This document shows positions 21,728 to 32,721 of a stretch of DNA of 64,000 bases, piece after piece. A program made the position numbers and the translations under genes. The DNA is from an uncultured Methanoregulaceae archaeon (GTDB lineage: Archaea; Halobacteriota; Methanomicrobia; Methanomicrobiales; Methanospirillaceae): NCBI GenBank assembly GCA_963841015.1, contig CAWJAX010000003.1, forward strand, positions 512,001 to 576,000, written 5' to 3'. Below the pieces are notes generated by a model. It was not told the DNA's origin. It saw nothing but the letters and a program-made list of their open reading frames with translations, and made no database searches. Positions within the stretch are counted from its first letter, which is position 1. Each line of letters starts with the position of its first letter.

Positions 21728-21812
21728 GCACCGATGCCTTCCCTGAAAGAAGAGCAAGTGCAGGCGACTGCGCGTATGGTTCGATCGTTAACGGTTGTAG
21801 AGGGAGAATACC

Positions 21813-22790
21813 GTGAAGCGCTTGTTGAAAATCCTCGGTATTATCGTCCTTGCCATTGCCGTAATCCTGCTTATTGCTCCGCTTCTTTACCCGGTAGCAC
21901 CTCTGACCGGGACCGTCCCTGAACGTGAACTTGCCGACACGGACAGCCGGTTTGTGGAGGTAAACGGGCTGACTGTTCATTACAAAGAAATGGGACAGGG
22001 TGAGCCGGTGTTTATCCTTCTGCATGGTTTTGGGGCCAGCGAGTATTCCTGGCGCGAAGTGATGGAGCCACTCTCCGGATCCGGTCGTGTCATCGCGTAT
22101 GACCGTCCTGCATTTGGTCTTACCGAGCGTCCCATGGAGGGAAACTGGACGGGTACAAATCCTTACAGCGTCCAGGGAAACGTGGAACTGCTGGATAGGC
22201 TGATGGATGAACTCAGCGTGGACAAAGCCATTCTCGTGGGGAATTCAGCGGGTGGAGAGGTCGCAGCCGCGTATGCCCTTGAACACCCGGAACGGGTGCA
22301 GGAGCTGGTGCTGGTGGACCCGGCCGTGGGGAACGGGAAGGGAGGTCGGTTTCCTCAATGGACGATCTCTCTCATGAGTTTACCGCAAATACGAAACCTC
22401 GCTCCTGTGCTGGTGCGTACTATCTCCGGCGAGATAGGAAATGACACCATCCGGCTGGCATGGCATGATCCCGCAAGGATTGATCCGCAGGTGTATGAGG
22501 GGTATCGCAGACCCCTTAAGGCCAATAACTGGGATAAAGCCCTCTACGAGTTCGCCATCGCAGGGAATCCGGTCAGTTATTCCGGACATCTGGCGAATCT
22601 TACCATGCCCGTGCTGATCATCACCGGTGATGACGACCGGATTGTTCCCACTGCACAGAGCATCCAGTTATCCAGGGAGATACCCGGAGCGGAGTTGGGG
22701 GTATTGAAAGATTGCGGGCATGTCCCTCAGGAGGAATGCCCGGACCAGTTCATGACATCAATCCACGCTTTTTTGGCGGGTACGAAATGA
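21813..22790 (+). CDS. Membrane-anchored alpha/beta hydrolase
   Basis: LHGFG, DRPAFG, GNSAGG nucleophile, GDDDRIVP and CGHVPQEE motifs. Confidence 0.92.
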   Translation: MKRLLKILGIIVLAIAVILLIAPLLYPVAPLTGTVPERELADTDSRFVEVNGLTVHYKEMGQGEPVFILLHGFGASEYSWREVMEPLSGSGRVIAYDRPAFGLTERPMEGNWTGTNPYSVQGNVELLDRLMDELSVDKAILVGNSAGGEVAAAYALEHPERVQELVLVDPAVGNGKGGRFPQWTISLMSLPQIRNLAPVLVRTISGEIGNDTIRLAWHDPARIDPQVYEGYRRPLKANNWDKALYEFAIAGNPVSYSGHLANLTMPVLIITGDDDRIVPTAQSIQLSREIPGAELGVLKDCGHVPQEECPDQFMTSIHAFLAGTK

Positions 22791-22894
22791 AACAGGATTG
22801 TTCATAAAAAAAGAACTTACTTTCCTCTGGACATGATTTCGGATTATGAACCGTAATGCCGGATATATATCACATTAAGACATAACAGAAACGT

Positions 22895-23911
22895 ATGGGA
22901 TTGCTTCCTTTCAGTGAAGACCAGAAACTTCTGCTGGTGATGAGTGCGATAGTAATTCTCGCTCTCATTGCTTTCTGGCCGGTCATTGATATGGTTGTGT
23001 GGGCTGGTGCCCTTGCAGTCGTTCTTATCCCGTTCCATCACCGGCTCTCCCGCACAGTCTCACCATCAACTTCTGCCACCTTCATCACTATCTGGATCAT
23101 TCTTGGGATCCTCCTGTTAATGTCGGCTGCTGCATCGGTCATGTATAATAACCTCGATTATATCGGGGGCATGGTGACCGCGATCGTGAAAGGCTTTGAC
23201 AACTCAGCCATCACGTTTTTGCTTCCGGAGTTCACGCAGGAGCAGCTTGCCAACATGCCAAACACGCTTGTCCAGATACTCCTGCATACTCTTATGTCAC
23301 TGACCGAAAACCTGATGCTGGCACTGCTTCGGATTTCCATCCTCTTCCTCTCTCTGGGAATGCTCATCTCCTATGGCGAGCAGATCTGGATGACACTGAC
23401 AAAAAACCTCTCCCCCAAACTCGCTGCTGCCGTTTCAAAGCTATCAGAGATCACCAGTAACACAATCTACTCCCTTATCGTTGTGCAGATCTCCTCGGCA
23501 GGTATCGCCTTTCTTATCGCCATCCCGTTCTTTTACTTTTTCGGTTACGGGAACGTCCTGCTGTTTGCAACCCTGATAGGGATTGCCCAGCTGATCCCCC
23601 TCATCGGATCAGCTGCCATCATCCTTGTTTTTACCCTCTACCTGATTGCACTCGGTGATTACCGGGGGGCTGCAGTAATGGTCCTTGTTGGTTATCCGCT
23701 CATGAGCGGCTGGCTCGATTATTACTATCGTCCGGTTATGATGGGAAAACGCGTTGCCATCCACCCGATCCTCATGATGATTGCGATCCTTATTGGTATC
23801 CCCTTCATGGGATTCGTAGGTTTCATTCTCGGGCCGGTGCTGATGGCTCTCCTGGTAACCGTCTATAAACTGTATGCTGAGGAGACATCTTCGCATGCTT
23901 CTGAAACCTGA
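22895..23911 (+). CDS. AI-2E family transporter
   Basis: LIPLIGS, D...RP.MMG..V.IHP and GF.GFILGP motifs. Confidence 0.9.
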   Translation: MGLLPFSEDQKLLLVMSAIVILALIAFWPVIDMVVWAGALAVVLIPFHHRLSRTVSPSTSATFITIWIILGILLLMSAAASVMYNNLDYIGGMVTAIVKGFDNSAITFLLPEFTQEQLANMPNTLVQILLHTLMSLTENLMLALLRISILFLSLGMLISYGEQIWMTLTKNLSPKLAAAVSKLSEITSNTIYSLIVVQISSAGIAFLIAIPFFYFFGYGNVLLFATLIGIAQLIPLIGSAAIILVFTLYLIALGDYRGAAVMVLVGYPLMSGWLDYYYRPVMMGKRVAIHPILMMIAILIGIPFMGFVGFILGPVLMALLVTVYKLYAEETSSHASET

Positions 23912-24292
23912 CCGAATAGTGCGGACTCCTGGGATTACCGGAGCTAAACACAGGTATTCAATGCGAATCTTTTTTTTAAAAAAAAAAGTTCATATTCGCT
24001 TTGTGTGACGTTAAACAGAAATCCCGGTACAATTCCTCTGCAGCAAAGGAATGCCAGGCCGGTTTTGACTACCTGGTGAAAAGGAGGTTTTGACAGACTT
24101 GCTGAAAGACTGAAACCAGCGGTGCCAGGATACATACTGCCAACAATACTACCGATTGAAGAGTAATCCTGCCCAGATTTTTTACTTTTTCCCTCAAGGA
24201 GATGAGATTAATCAAAAAAATCTGACGTTAACACGGGATTGGGGCCGAGGGAGGATTTTTTTTAAAAATACCGTGTTGTTTCCATTACTGAC

Positions 24293-24445
24293 CTATCGTC
24301 TCAAAAAACCCATTAAGAATACCCCAACTCCCCCAAGAAGAAACATCGCACCAAGAACTGTGCCTATATAAGTACTCGGTGCAAGAAGAAATATTCCAAC
24401 AACCACACCCAAAATACCAGCAATCATTAACCCTATATTGACCAT
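24293..24445 (-). CDS. Unannotated 50-aa two-TM microprotein
   Basis: MVNIGLMIAGILGVVVGIFLLAPSTYIGTVLGAMFLLGGVGVFLMGFLRR*. Confidence 0.6.
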   Translation of the reverse strand: MVNIGLMIAGILGVVVGIFLLAPSTYIGTVLGAMFLLGGVGVFLMGFLRR

Positions 24446-24595
24446 GTGTTATCCAATTACCACAACAATGTTCATGGTAATAAACATGTTGTAAATGAGA
24501 TTCGCAACCCGGGTGAAGATGAGAACATGCAGATAGAGCACCCGGGCATGCTCATGTCAGTTAATTATATCTTTGTCCGAAGAGAAGGGAAGCAT

Positions 24596-24796
24596 ATGTG
24601 GAAATTTTGGAAAAAACCAGAAAAACCCAAGACAAAAATAGATAAACTGTCTGAAAAAGTGGATCAGGCTGTTGCCGGAACGGAAAAAGATCTTAAGGGA
24701 TTATCCAAAACCGGGCGTTCAAAAGGTGAGAAAAGTGTGGATGATGTTATTGTGAATTTAAAAGGGGATCTTGAAAATATTGAAAAAAAGAAATGA
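24596..24796 (+). CDS. Small Lys-rich helical protein (66 aa)
   Basis: MWKFWKKPEKPKTKIDKLSEKVDQ...; TTATAT box upstream. Confidence 0.6.
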   Translation: MWKFWKKPEKPKTKIDKLSEKVDQAVAGTEKDLKGLSKTGRSKGEKSVDDVIVNLKGDLENIEKKK

Positions 24797-24855
24797 TAGA
24801 TTTCTTCCGGACTCCTGCACAAAGGGTCTGGTTATTAACGACTAAAATACTCCCC

Positions 24856-26259
24856 CTATACTTCTTTTACCACCTGGATCTCACCCGATTCCAGTGCATC
24901 AAGGAACAGCTCACAATCCCGCTCGGTCTGTTCAGCATACAGTTCTGCAAACGACCCTATAGATTTATCAAAGGTGTCGGATTTCCCGATATACCCATAG
25001 ATCATCGATGCATCACCGGATCGGGCATGGGCACGGGCAAGAGTCCAGCCGCAAAAACCAGCATACCGGGATAACTGTTGGGGTGTGCTTGTCGATACAT
25101 CGAAAGAGAATTTCATATCCCTGAGTTGCCGGACATAAAAGTGGCGTTTTTCTTTCCCGGTCGCCCACCCGAGCAGCATGTCGCTGGCTGACTGCATAAG
25201 GCGCTGGCCTACGACAATCCTTTCCCCCTGATGTTTGAATTGACTTTTTCCTGCATAAGGTTCGAGGACAGAAGGATTCGCCTCTTTTACCTGAAGAAGA
25301 AGGGGATCATTCTCTTCTGCCATCAGGAGCAGCACACCACACCGGGTACCCACACTCCCCACACCGACGACTTTATATGCAACATCCTCGATATGATACC
25401 GATCCAGCGGCACCCTTCGTTCATAGGGGAGCGTTTCACGATACTGCTGAAATGCATCAATTATTCCTTCAGGAACCTGCTCTTCAGGAGGCGGGTGGTA
25501 CACGAGGGGGATCTCATCGACAATGAGCCTTTTTCCGCCATGGACCTTGGTAATCTTGGGAAATACATATTCAGTTATATGTGCCCGTGCCTCAGCCTCA
25601 ATGCGTTCCCTGTTTCGTTTTGCCTCGGCATCGGGTGCATTTTTAATGATACTCTCAATATCAAGCCTGGCATACCATACATCGAGTACTTTCATTGTGG
25701 AAAAACTGGCGATTGCTTCACGATATGCCTGAACACAGGCTCTCGTGATAGTATCACAATCCTTTTCTGAAAAATCATTATCCAGGGAACATACATAAAA
25801 ACTGGTCGCAAGACGCTTCACATCCCATTCAAAGGGGGCAGGAAGGGTCTCATCGAAATCATTGATATCAAAGATGAGGTTCCTCTCGGGAGTAGCAAAC
25901 AGCCCGAAATTGGAGAGATGACAGTCCCCACAGGCCTGGACCCGGATATCAGACGTTGGTGTCTGTGCAAGGTCCATTGCCATAAGTGAAGCCGTGCCCC
26001 GATAAAACGCAAAGACGCTCTTTGACATTCGTCCATAGCGAATGGGTATGAGGTGTTCGAGCCTTCCTTCACTTGACTTTTTAATCACCTTCACCGGATC
26101 GGTCCGGTTGGGAGCCACTTCAAACTCAGCCTGGGATACCCGGGGGACCTTTTCCCGCAGGGATTTTCCTTCCTGTCTGCGCTGTTCAGCCGTTTTATAC
26201 TCTGAAATAAATCTCGCAATACCAAACGCGTCTCGCTTCACCGTTGTTTTATTCTTCAT
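24856..26259 (-). CDS. DUF2252 family protein (kinase-like motifs)
   Basis: RYGRM..S.FAFYRG, CGDCHLSNFG, FDINDFDE, KVVGVGSVG, LQVKEA and LARAHARSGD motifs. Confidence 0.92.
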   Translation of the reverse strand: MKNKTTVKRDAFGIARFISEYKTAEQRRQEGKSLREKVPRVSQAEFEVAPNRTDPVKVIKKSSEGRLEHLIPIRYGRMSKSVFAFYRGTASLMAMDLAQTPTSDIRVQACGDCHLSNFGLFATPERNLIFDINDFDETLPAPFEWDVKRLATSFYVCSLDNDFSEKDCDTITRACVQAYREAIASFSTMKVLDVWYARLDIESIIKNAPDAEAKRNRERIEAEARAHITEYVFPKITKVHGGKRLIVDEIPLVYHPPPEEQVPEGIIDAFQQYRETLPYERRVPLDRYHIEDVAYKVVGVGSVGTRCGVLLLMAEENDPLLLQVKEANPSVLEPYAGKSQFKHQGERIVVGQRLMQSASDMLLGWATGKEKRHFYVRQLRDMKFSFDVSTSTPQQLSRYAGFCGWTLARAHARSGDASMIYGYIGKSDTFDKSIGSFAELYAEQTERDCELFLDALESGEIQVVKEV

Positions 26260-26455
26260 ACTCCCCCTCCACCATCTGAGCAAACAGTGGTCTGCCAGAA
26301 CCCTTTTGGTATCCTCACCTTGGTGTCATTGCAGTATAGATTTTTCCCAAGAATTTTAATTTGCAGCTGACTATCGTCAAATGGAACTCAAAGTTTTTTT
26401 AATTTTTCCCGGCTTTTATAGTTCGCCGGTAATTGCCTCTTTTCGCTAAAAAAAA

Positions 26456-27271
26456 TTATTTATCTGTTTTGAGGTTTTTTTCGAGGTGCTCAAGCCTCGC
26501 GGAAATTTCCTGGTTTTTCTGTTCCTGCCGGGACATAAGCGATTTTATTTCATCCATTCCGGCGATAACCTGTTTTTCGAAGGGGATGATATCCTCTTCC
26601 GGTTTGTTCTCTTCATCATCCTTTGCCGGGGAGGCTAACAGTTTGCTTGAAATCAACCCGGCAAACGTTGCAAAGACAGCTACCCCGGTCGTCATTACTA
26701 TGATACCTACCAGTCTCCCACCGGTAGTAACCGGAAACCGATCCCCGTATCCGACAGTGGTGATGGTAACATATGCCCACCATATCGCATCACCGGCAGT
26801 GAGGATATTCGCAGACTCTGAAGCACGTTCCGCCTGCAGGACCAGGAACCCCCCTGCTTCGATGATGAGGATAACCATTACAACCAGAATATATAATGCT
26901 GACTGGGCCCGGTTCGTGGAAAGGTACGATCCGATATATGATATCCCGTACTTTCTGACGATCCGATATGCCTTGTATATCCGGAACAGCCGGAAGATAC
27001 GCAATGCCGGGATGCAGGCCAGAAGGTCAGCCCAGCCAAAATCGCGTAAGAAGTAAGATGACCTTGACGGGGCCGTGGCTAATCTCAGACCAAAGTCGTA
27101 GATAAAGAGCAGGGTAAGCACTGCGTTGACGATGTAGACAACATTGATCGCATCCTGATCAACTCCCGGCAGATAGGCAAGAAGCATATTGAAGACCGAA
27201 AGAATCGAAACCGAAGCGATGAATAATTCATACCCGAAATCCAGTTGCTCTCTTCGCTTGATATGTATCAT
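26456..27271 (-). CDS. 6-TM voltage-gated-type potassium channel
   Basis: S4-like RIFRLFRIYKAYR; filter TVGYGD; C-terminal coiled coil. Confidence 0.9.
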   Translation of the reverse strand: MIHIKRREQLDFGYELFIASVSILSVFNMLLAYLPGVDQDAINVVYIVNAVLTLLFIYDFGLRLATAPSRSSYFLRDFGWADLLACIPALRIFRLFRIYKAYRIVRKYGISYIGSYLSTNRAQSALYILVVMVILIIEAGGFLVLQAERASESANILTAGDAIWWAYVTITTVGYGDRFPVTTGGRLVGIIVMTTGVAVFATFAGLISSKLLASPAKDDEENKPEEDIIPFEKQVIAGMDEIKSLMSRQEQKNQEISARLEHLEKNLKTDK

Positions 27272-27780
27272 GAAAATTCACTACAAGAGAAATGCGACGA
27301 TAGCTTAAAAAAACTGCGATTTTCGTGGAGATCGATCTTCAGGTAAGAGTAACTCGTTCAAGGTACTAAAATACCGATTCCGGATTCAGGAAAGCAAATT
27401 CAAAGTGATTTTCCCTGACATTTCAAGAATGATCCTGATATTTTTGATCCACAGTCGTATTTTTCAATTTCCAGAGCCAAAAAATTGAGAAAATCAGGTA
27501 ACATACTTCATCAGTGATCGTGAAAAAAGGGATACTTACCGCTTAAAAAAATTACGAGCAATCGTAATTATGCTGGTACTTATTTTCCCATACTCCGAAT
27601 TTTAGCTCTTTGAGGAATATTTCTCAAAAATAAATTCCCCGATCTGTCGTACACATTTTCCTGTCAATTAAATAGTTATCTGGTCAATTGGGTTCGCCAG
27701 ATTCGATAAAACGGTAATTTGCCCATTTTTTGACATAAGGTATAAATAGAAAGATTTCAGAGGAGTACTCGGTAATTTGT

Positions 27781-28338
27781 ATGGCAGTTTATAGTGCAAA
27801 TGAGGGTCAGGTTAATGACCTCAGGTGGGGATCGTTCGTTCTTCTCGGATTTCTCGCTATCGTGTTCGGGCTCTTAATTGCGTTCTTCCCCCAGATGACG
27901 ACCCTGATCATGATAGAACTCATCGGGATCTTCCTCGTGATCGTATCGTTCGGCGTAATCATGATGTCAGCGGTTGCCCCGGGTGGCCTGAAGGGATCGA
28001 TACTGCTTGCAATTCTTGGGATCCTTGGATTCTTCTTTGGGATTGCAACAATCCTTTCACCGTACGTGATGGGCAAGGCGATCTTCATCCTGGCAGGTAT
28101 TGCCCTGTTAATCGGCGGTATCATTGGTCTGGTCCTCGCAGTTTCAGAAAAAGAGATGGCACACCGGGGGCTGTTCGCCCTCCAGGGTATCCTCTCGATT
28201 ATACTGGGTTGCCTTATTATCGCCGGTCCGGTAATTGGTGCATCACTTCTCGTCCTTCTCCTCGGTACCTATTTTGTAGTCTGGGGGATTCTCAGCGTCA
28301 TTATGGGTTTTGTTGTCCGTAGTGCGAAAAAGGCGTAA
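27781..28338 (+). CDS. HdeD/DUF308 membrane protein
   Basis: Three helix hairpins with G...G...P pattern; TATAAA upstream. Confidence 0.85.
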   Translation: MAVYSANEGQVNDLRWGSFVLLGFLAIVFGLLIAFFPQMTTLIMIELIGIFLVIVSFGVIMMSAVAPGGLKGSILLAILGILGFFFGIATILSPYVMGKAIFILAGIALLIGGIIGLVLAVSEKEMAHRGLFALQGILSIILGCLIIAGPVIGASLLVLLLGTYFVVWGILSVIMGFVVRSAKKA

Positions 28339-28512
28339 TTCTGTAATTACTAAAAAAGAAATTCCTTTTTTTCTTCTTATCTCTGGTTAGTGTCAACATT
28401 CCTTTCGGAACGCTCTTTTGAAGCATTATGACCTGTGGTGAAAACTTCATTCTACCTTATATACAATCGAACCGGTACGTGTATTGAGAAAACTATTCAT
28501 GGCAGGAACAGT

Positions 28513-29055
28513 ATGAATCCGGATAAAGAAAATCTCCCTTCGGGAAATGATGAATCAAAAAATAACTGTAAGGAGAAAGGGGGCATTCATTCATTTGTCG
28601 AATCTATGGCATTATCCAGTACCTGGCTGTTCAGTCTTGCCGTAATTGGTACCGGAATAATTGCAGCCATGCTTTTTGTTTATGGGTTTTTATTGAGTGT
28701 TGCCGGAGTATTTCATTTAATAGCCGAATTCACCCTTGATTTACACGTCATCAAGGAATACCTGGGTACCTCCATTGAGATTATCGATATTTTCCTGGTG
28801 GCAACTGTTTTTTACCTGATATCACTGGGGTTGTATGAACTGTTCATTGCAAAAGCACCACTTCCCGGCTGGGTGGAAATACGCAATCTCGATGATTTGA
28901 AAACAAAACTCCTGGGTCTCACGGTCATTGCCCTGGCGGTTGTCTTCCTCGGTTATGCTCTCACGTTGAGTACCGGGACCAGTATCCTGGAACTTGGTGC
29001 CGCAGTGGGAATAATGATTGCAGCCATTTCTGCCTATCTGTGGGTAAAAAGTTAG
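28513..29055 (+). CDS. YqhA/UPF0114-family membrane protein
   Basis: IDIFLVATV...GLYELFI...PGWVEIRNLDDLKTKL motif. Confidence 0.88.
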   Translation: MNPDKENLPSGNDESKNNCKEKGGIHSFVESMALSSTWLFSLAVIGTGIIAAMLFVYGFLLSVAGVFHLIAEFTLDLHVIKEYLGTSIEIIDIFLVATVFYLISLGLYELFIAKAPLPGWVEIRNLDDLKTKLLGLTVIALAVVFLGYALTLSTGTSILELGAAVGIMIAAISAYLWVKS

Positions 29056-29075
29056 AATAAAAAATCCTTTCGGGA

Positions 29076-29792
29076 TCACGGTTGTTCCCTGATAACCAGT
29101 TTCCCCACCAGCCACGAGATCAGGATTGCGATATACAGGGTGCCAGTGATCATCTCAAACATCATTATCATTCGTGCAAAGGAAGTTGCAGCGGCAACAT
29201 CATAATTGCCCGTCGTGGTCAGAAACGAGAAACTATAACTGATAAAATCAGGCAGGTATCTGAGCTGGTTGGCATCAACTCCCGCTAACGTGAACGATGA
29301 GGGAAGTAAAAGCTCAATGACCATAATTCCGTATGCCCAGAAAATACCGATCAGAAAATATACCGATATTGCACCGGCAACGAGATCGAAGTTCGCTTTT
29401 CGTTCACGGATTATGCTGGAAAAAATGATGATGGTTACAAACCCGAAAAAGAGGAACGGCATGATGACTGAAGCCTGATAATAGGGGGGTTCTCCCGTCA
29501 GGAAAAAGAGAATATTAAGAACAATACTTAGTGCGGCAAAGATACTCCCGATAATCAGGTACAACCGGTTCCCGCTGATAGTAACGATGGCACTCATCAG
29601 TACAAGGATGATGAGAACATACACAAGGTATTGAGTGGCCGGGTGATCGGAAAAAAGTGGCAGCAGGATGAGAAATAAAACGATAGCGATAAGATTAAAG
29701 GTATATTTATTGCGGTCTCTCCATTCCAGAAATGCTGATAATCCCGTTTTTTGGGGTTTTTCTGGATTTATCTGAGAAGGAGAGTTTGTCAA
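29076..29792 (-). CDS. Ion-channel (Ion_trans_2) membrane protein with atypical filter
   Basis: GAISVYFLIG..W, YSFSFLTTTGNYD and E...G.LYIAILI..LV motifs. Confidence 0.8.
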   Translation of the reverse strand: MTNSPSQINPEKPQKTGLSAFLEWRDRNKYTFNLIAIVLFLILLPLFSDHPATQYLVYVLIILVLMSAIVTISGNRLYLIIGSIFAALSIVLNILFFLTGEPPYYQASVIMPFLFFGFVTIIIFSSIIRERKANFDLVAGAISVYFLIGIFWAYGIMVIELLLPSSFTLAGVDANQLRYLPDFISYSFSFLTTTGNYDVAAATSFARMIMMFEMITGTLYIAILISWLVGKLVIREQP

Positions 29793-30044
29793 AAGAAATC
29801 ACCTGGCATATAGGACGGATTGAATGAACTTATATTCTCGTCTGGGTCCTGATAATTATTGTCATGAGAATGTGTCAAATGCCAAATCAGGCTGTCTCAC
29901 TATGAATCGGTTTCGTTCGGAACCACGGGGGGAACACTCAGGTAACAATCCTCAACCCTTGCCGTCCATACTCTGGACTTCTGTACAATAACAGTTTTTT
30001 TCTTCCTGCCAGTACATACTTAATCAACTCCACAAAGGATCAGA

Positions 30045-30914
30045 ATGATCAGCTCTCACCATCAAAGAATTCGCAATAATGCCCCTCTTCTCCAAAAAAT
30101 CAGGGAGAAGGGGTATACACCGGTGGATATGCATATTCATACCCACCATTCGGATGCTTCAATGAGCATTCACTCGCTCCTCAGTCGTGCAAAACACCTT
30201 GGGATTGGGGTTGCAATTACCGATCACAACGAGATCAGCGGGGTGATCGAGGCGTATAATCAATCCCATGGTGTGCTGGTCATCCCGGGCATTGAACTCA
30301 GTTCCTGTGAAGGCCCGCATATCCTCCTGTATTTTTATTCCGCGGGCGACCTCGCTGATTTTTTCTCTACCCATATCAAAGGAACCCTGAGAAAAAGCCA
30401 GTATATGGCAATTCAATTGTCGGTTGAAAAGATCCTTACATCGGCAGAGAAGTATGCCTGTGTGAAAGTCGCCGCCCACCCGTTCGGGTATTTTGGCATC
30501 AACCGCGGAATCCTGAAATGTATTGATAATAAGACACTTCCCGAAGAAATTATCGATCATATTGACGGTATCGAGGTGATATGCGGGGGTATGGGCCAGG
30601 ATCTCAATGATAAAGCGGCCAGGTACGCAGGAGAGCATGATCTCCCGATTACGGGGGGGTCCGACGCCCATGTACTCCCTTCAGTAGGCGGGGTTGTGAC
30701 CGGTGTAAAAGCAGATACCGTTGAAGGATTTCTTGACGGTATTCTCGCAAAGGAAAGCATCGTTGTCGGATCAACCGCAAACCCCCTCCACAAAGGGATG
30801 ACCGCAGGAGTAATTGCCTGGAACTACATCCCCTATACCGTCTCCTCCCTCCAGGTCCACTACGAGCAGAATATTCCCCGGATGAAGCGGTATCTCAATG
30901 ATTTGATAAAATAA
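30045..30914 (+). CDS. PHP-domain phosphoesterase
   Basis: DMHIHT.HSD, ITDHN, AAHP and GGSDAH motifs. Confidence 0.9.
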   Translation: MISSHHQRIRNNAPLLQKIREKGYTPVDMHIHTHHSDASMSIHSLLSRAKHLGIGVAITDHNEISGVIEAYNQSHGVLVIPGIELSSCEGPHILLYFYSAGDLADFFSTHIKGTLRKSQYMAIQLSVEKILTSAEKYACVKVAAHPFGYFGINRGILKCIDNKTLPEEIIDHIDGIEVICGGMGQDLNDKAARYAGEHDLPITGGSDAHVLPSVGGVVTGVKADTVEGFLDGILAKESIVVGSTANPLHKGMTAGVIAWNYIPYTVSSLQVHYEQNIPRMKRYLNDLIK

Positions 30915-30954
30915 CCCGGTAGATTCTTGTTTTTTTTAAAAAAAAAAATTGTGA

Positions 30955-32439
30955 TTACAGGACAGCGGAGAAGAGACGGGAAAACGAAGATCGTGCCTTG
31001 AAATATCGTGTACGGCTGGCATACCATGCAGGAGTCAGCTCGGTACAGACGGAGAGATCATTGAGATATGCCTGTTTTAATTCTCCTGCTACCTGTTCAT
31101 CATACATGAGTGCATTGGTCTCAAAGTTCAGCCGGAAACTCCGGATGTCCCAGTTTGCACTCCCGACAGAAGCCACGGCACCATCAATCACAATCGTTTT
31201 GGCGTGAAGGAACCCGTTATCATAGGTATAAGCCCTGACACCCGAATCAAGGAGTTCTTCAACATAGGAATGGCTGGCCCAGTAAACAAACATGTGATCC
31301 GGCACTGCCGGGATCATTAACCGCACGTCAACTCCTGACTGGGCAGCGATACGAAGAGCATCCATGATGCTCTCATCGGGAATAAAATACGGAGTCTGGA
31401 TATATACCGATTCTGTCGCCGTATTGATCATCTTGATGTATGATTCCTTCACCGGGTTCCATTTTGTGTCAGGACCGCCGGAAACGATCTGGATCGTAGA
31501 ACCTTCCGGCAGAGGACTCTGGTGGAAATACCGCGGCAAAACTTCCAGGTTTTCCTTTGATGCGAAATTCCAGTCGAGATAAAACCGTATCTGGGCAACT
31601 AATGCGCCGGTCCCTTTGATCCGTACTGCAGCATCCCTCCAGTATCCCCAGCGTTTGTCCAGCCCGAGATAATCGTCACCAATGTTAAAGCCACCGATGA
31701 ATGCCGTCTCTCCATCAATCACTGCAATTTTCCGGTGGTTCCGGAAGTTGACCCGGAAGTTAAAATAGGAGAACAGGGAGGGGAAAAAGACTGCATGCTT
31801 TCCTCCGGCAGCAGTAAATTCATCGTAATAATGTTTAGGCAGGCCACCGCTTCCGACCCCGTCAACAAGAAGCCGTACTTCAACTCCTGCACGAGCCCGT
31901 TCGGTGAGCGCCTTCATGATATCCCGGCCGAGGCCGTCGTCTTTGAGAATAAAATACTGCATATGCACATGGTCACGGGCTGAGCCAATTTCCTTGATCA
32001 GGTCAGCGAACTTGGCTTTCCCATCCGTGTAGGGGGTGATATGATTGTTGGTCGTGATCAGGGCACGGTTATTCTGGAGCAGCAGAAGAGCCATCCGCTG
32101 GTACGCACCGGACCATCGATCGGTCAGCTTTGCCTCTTTTGTTTTTATTTCCTGTATCTGTGAAGCCATCAGATCTGTCAATCTCTGATCGGCCTCATTC
32201 TTGAGGGAGAACAGCTTTTCTTTCCGGTAATTCTGACCAAAGACCAGGTATAAAAAAAATCCGAGGAACGGCAGCAATAACAATGCCAGAATCCACGCAA
32301 CTGCACGTGTCGGGTTTTTTCTCTCAACAAACACAATCGTGATGGCAAAAAAAACATTTACGACAAAAAATATCGGATACAGGAAATAGTAGATTGCCTG
32401 CAGGAAATCCCATATCTGGACAACAAGATCAGAAACCAT
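30955..32439 (-). CDS. cls: Cardiolipin synthase (ClsA-type PLD)
   Basis: Two N-terminal TMs (PLDc_N) and two HKD motifs, HRKIAVIDG and HAKTIVIDG. Confidence 0.92.
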   Translation of the reverse strand: MVSDLVVQIWDFLQAIYYFLYPIFFVVNVFFAITIVFVERKNPTRAVAWILALLLLPFLGFFLYLVFGQNYRKEKLFSLKNEADQRLTDLMASQIQEIKTKEAKLTDRWSGAYQRMALLLLQNNRALITTNNHITPYTDGKAKFADLIKEIGSARDHVHMQYFILKDDGLGRDIMKALTERARAGVEVRLLVDGVGSGGLPKHYYDEFTAAGGKHAVFFPSLFSYFNFRVNFRNHRKIAVIDGETAFIGGFNIGDDYLGLDKRWGYWRDAAVRIKGTGALVAQIRFYLDWNFASKENLEVLPRYFHQSPLPEGSTIQIVSGGPDTKWNPVKESYIKMINTATESVYIQTPYFIPDESIMDALRIAAQSGVDVRLMIPAVPDHMFVYWASHSYVEELLDSGVRAYTYDNGFLHAKTIVIDGAVASVGSANWDIRSFRLNFETNALMYDEQVAGELKQAYLNDLSVCTELTPAWYASRTRYFKARSSFSRLFSAVL

Positions 32440-32721
32440 AGTAAACCTCACCACAGGGTGATTTCAAACACCGTTTAGGGATAGTGGAATACCATATCCT
32501 AAATAGTTTGCTTTTTTTAGGAGATTTGGAAAATATGAAAACCAGATCCTTTTCATGAAAGATCCCCTTTATCGTAAATGATATGATATTTTTGCAGCCG
32601 GATAAAAAATCTGAGCAAATTTTTAATCGATTATCATTACGATAATCGAATTATCTGATTGAGTTAAAAACAAGTTAAAAATGAAAATAACCCGGAATAA
32701 TGCCGGGGCAAAAGGGAAAAA

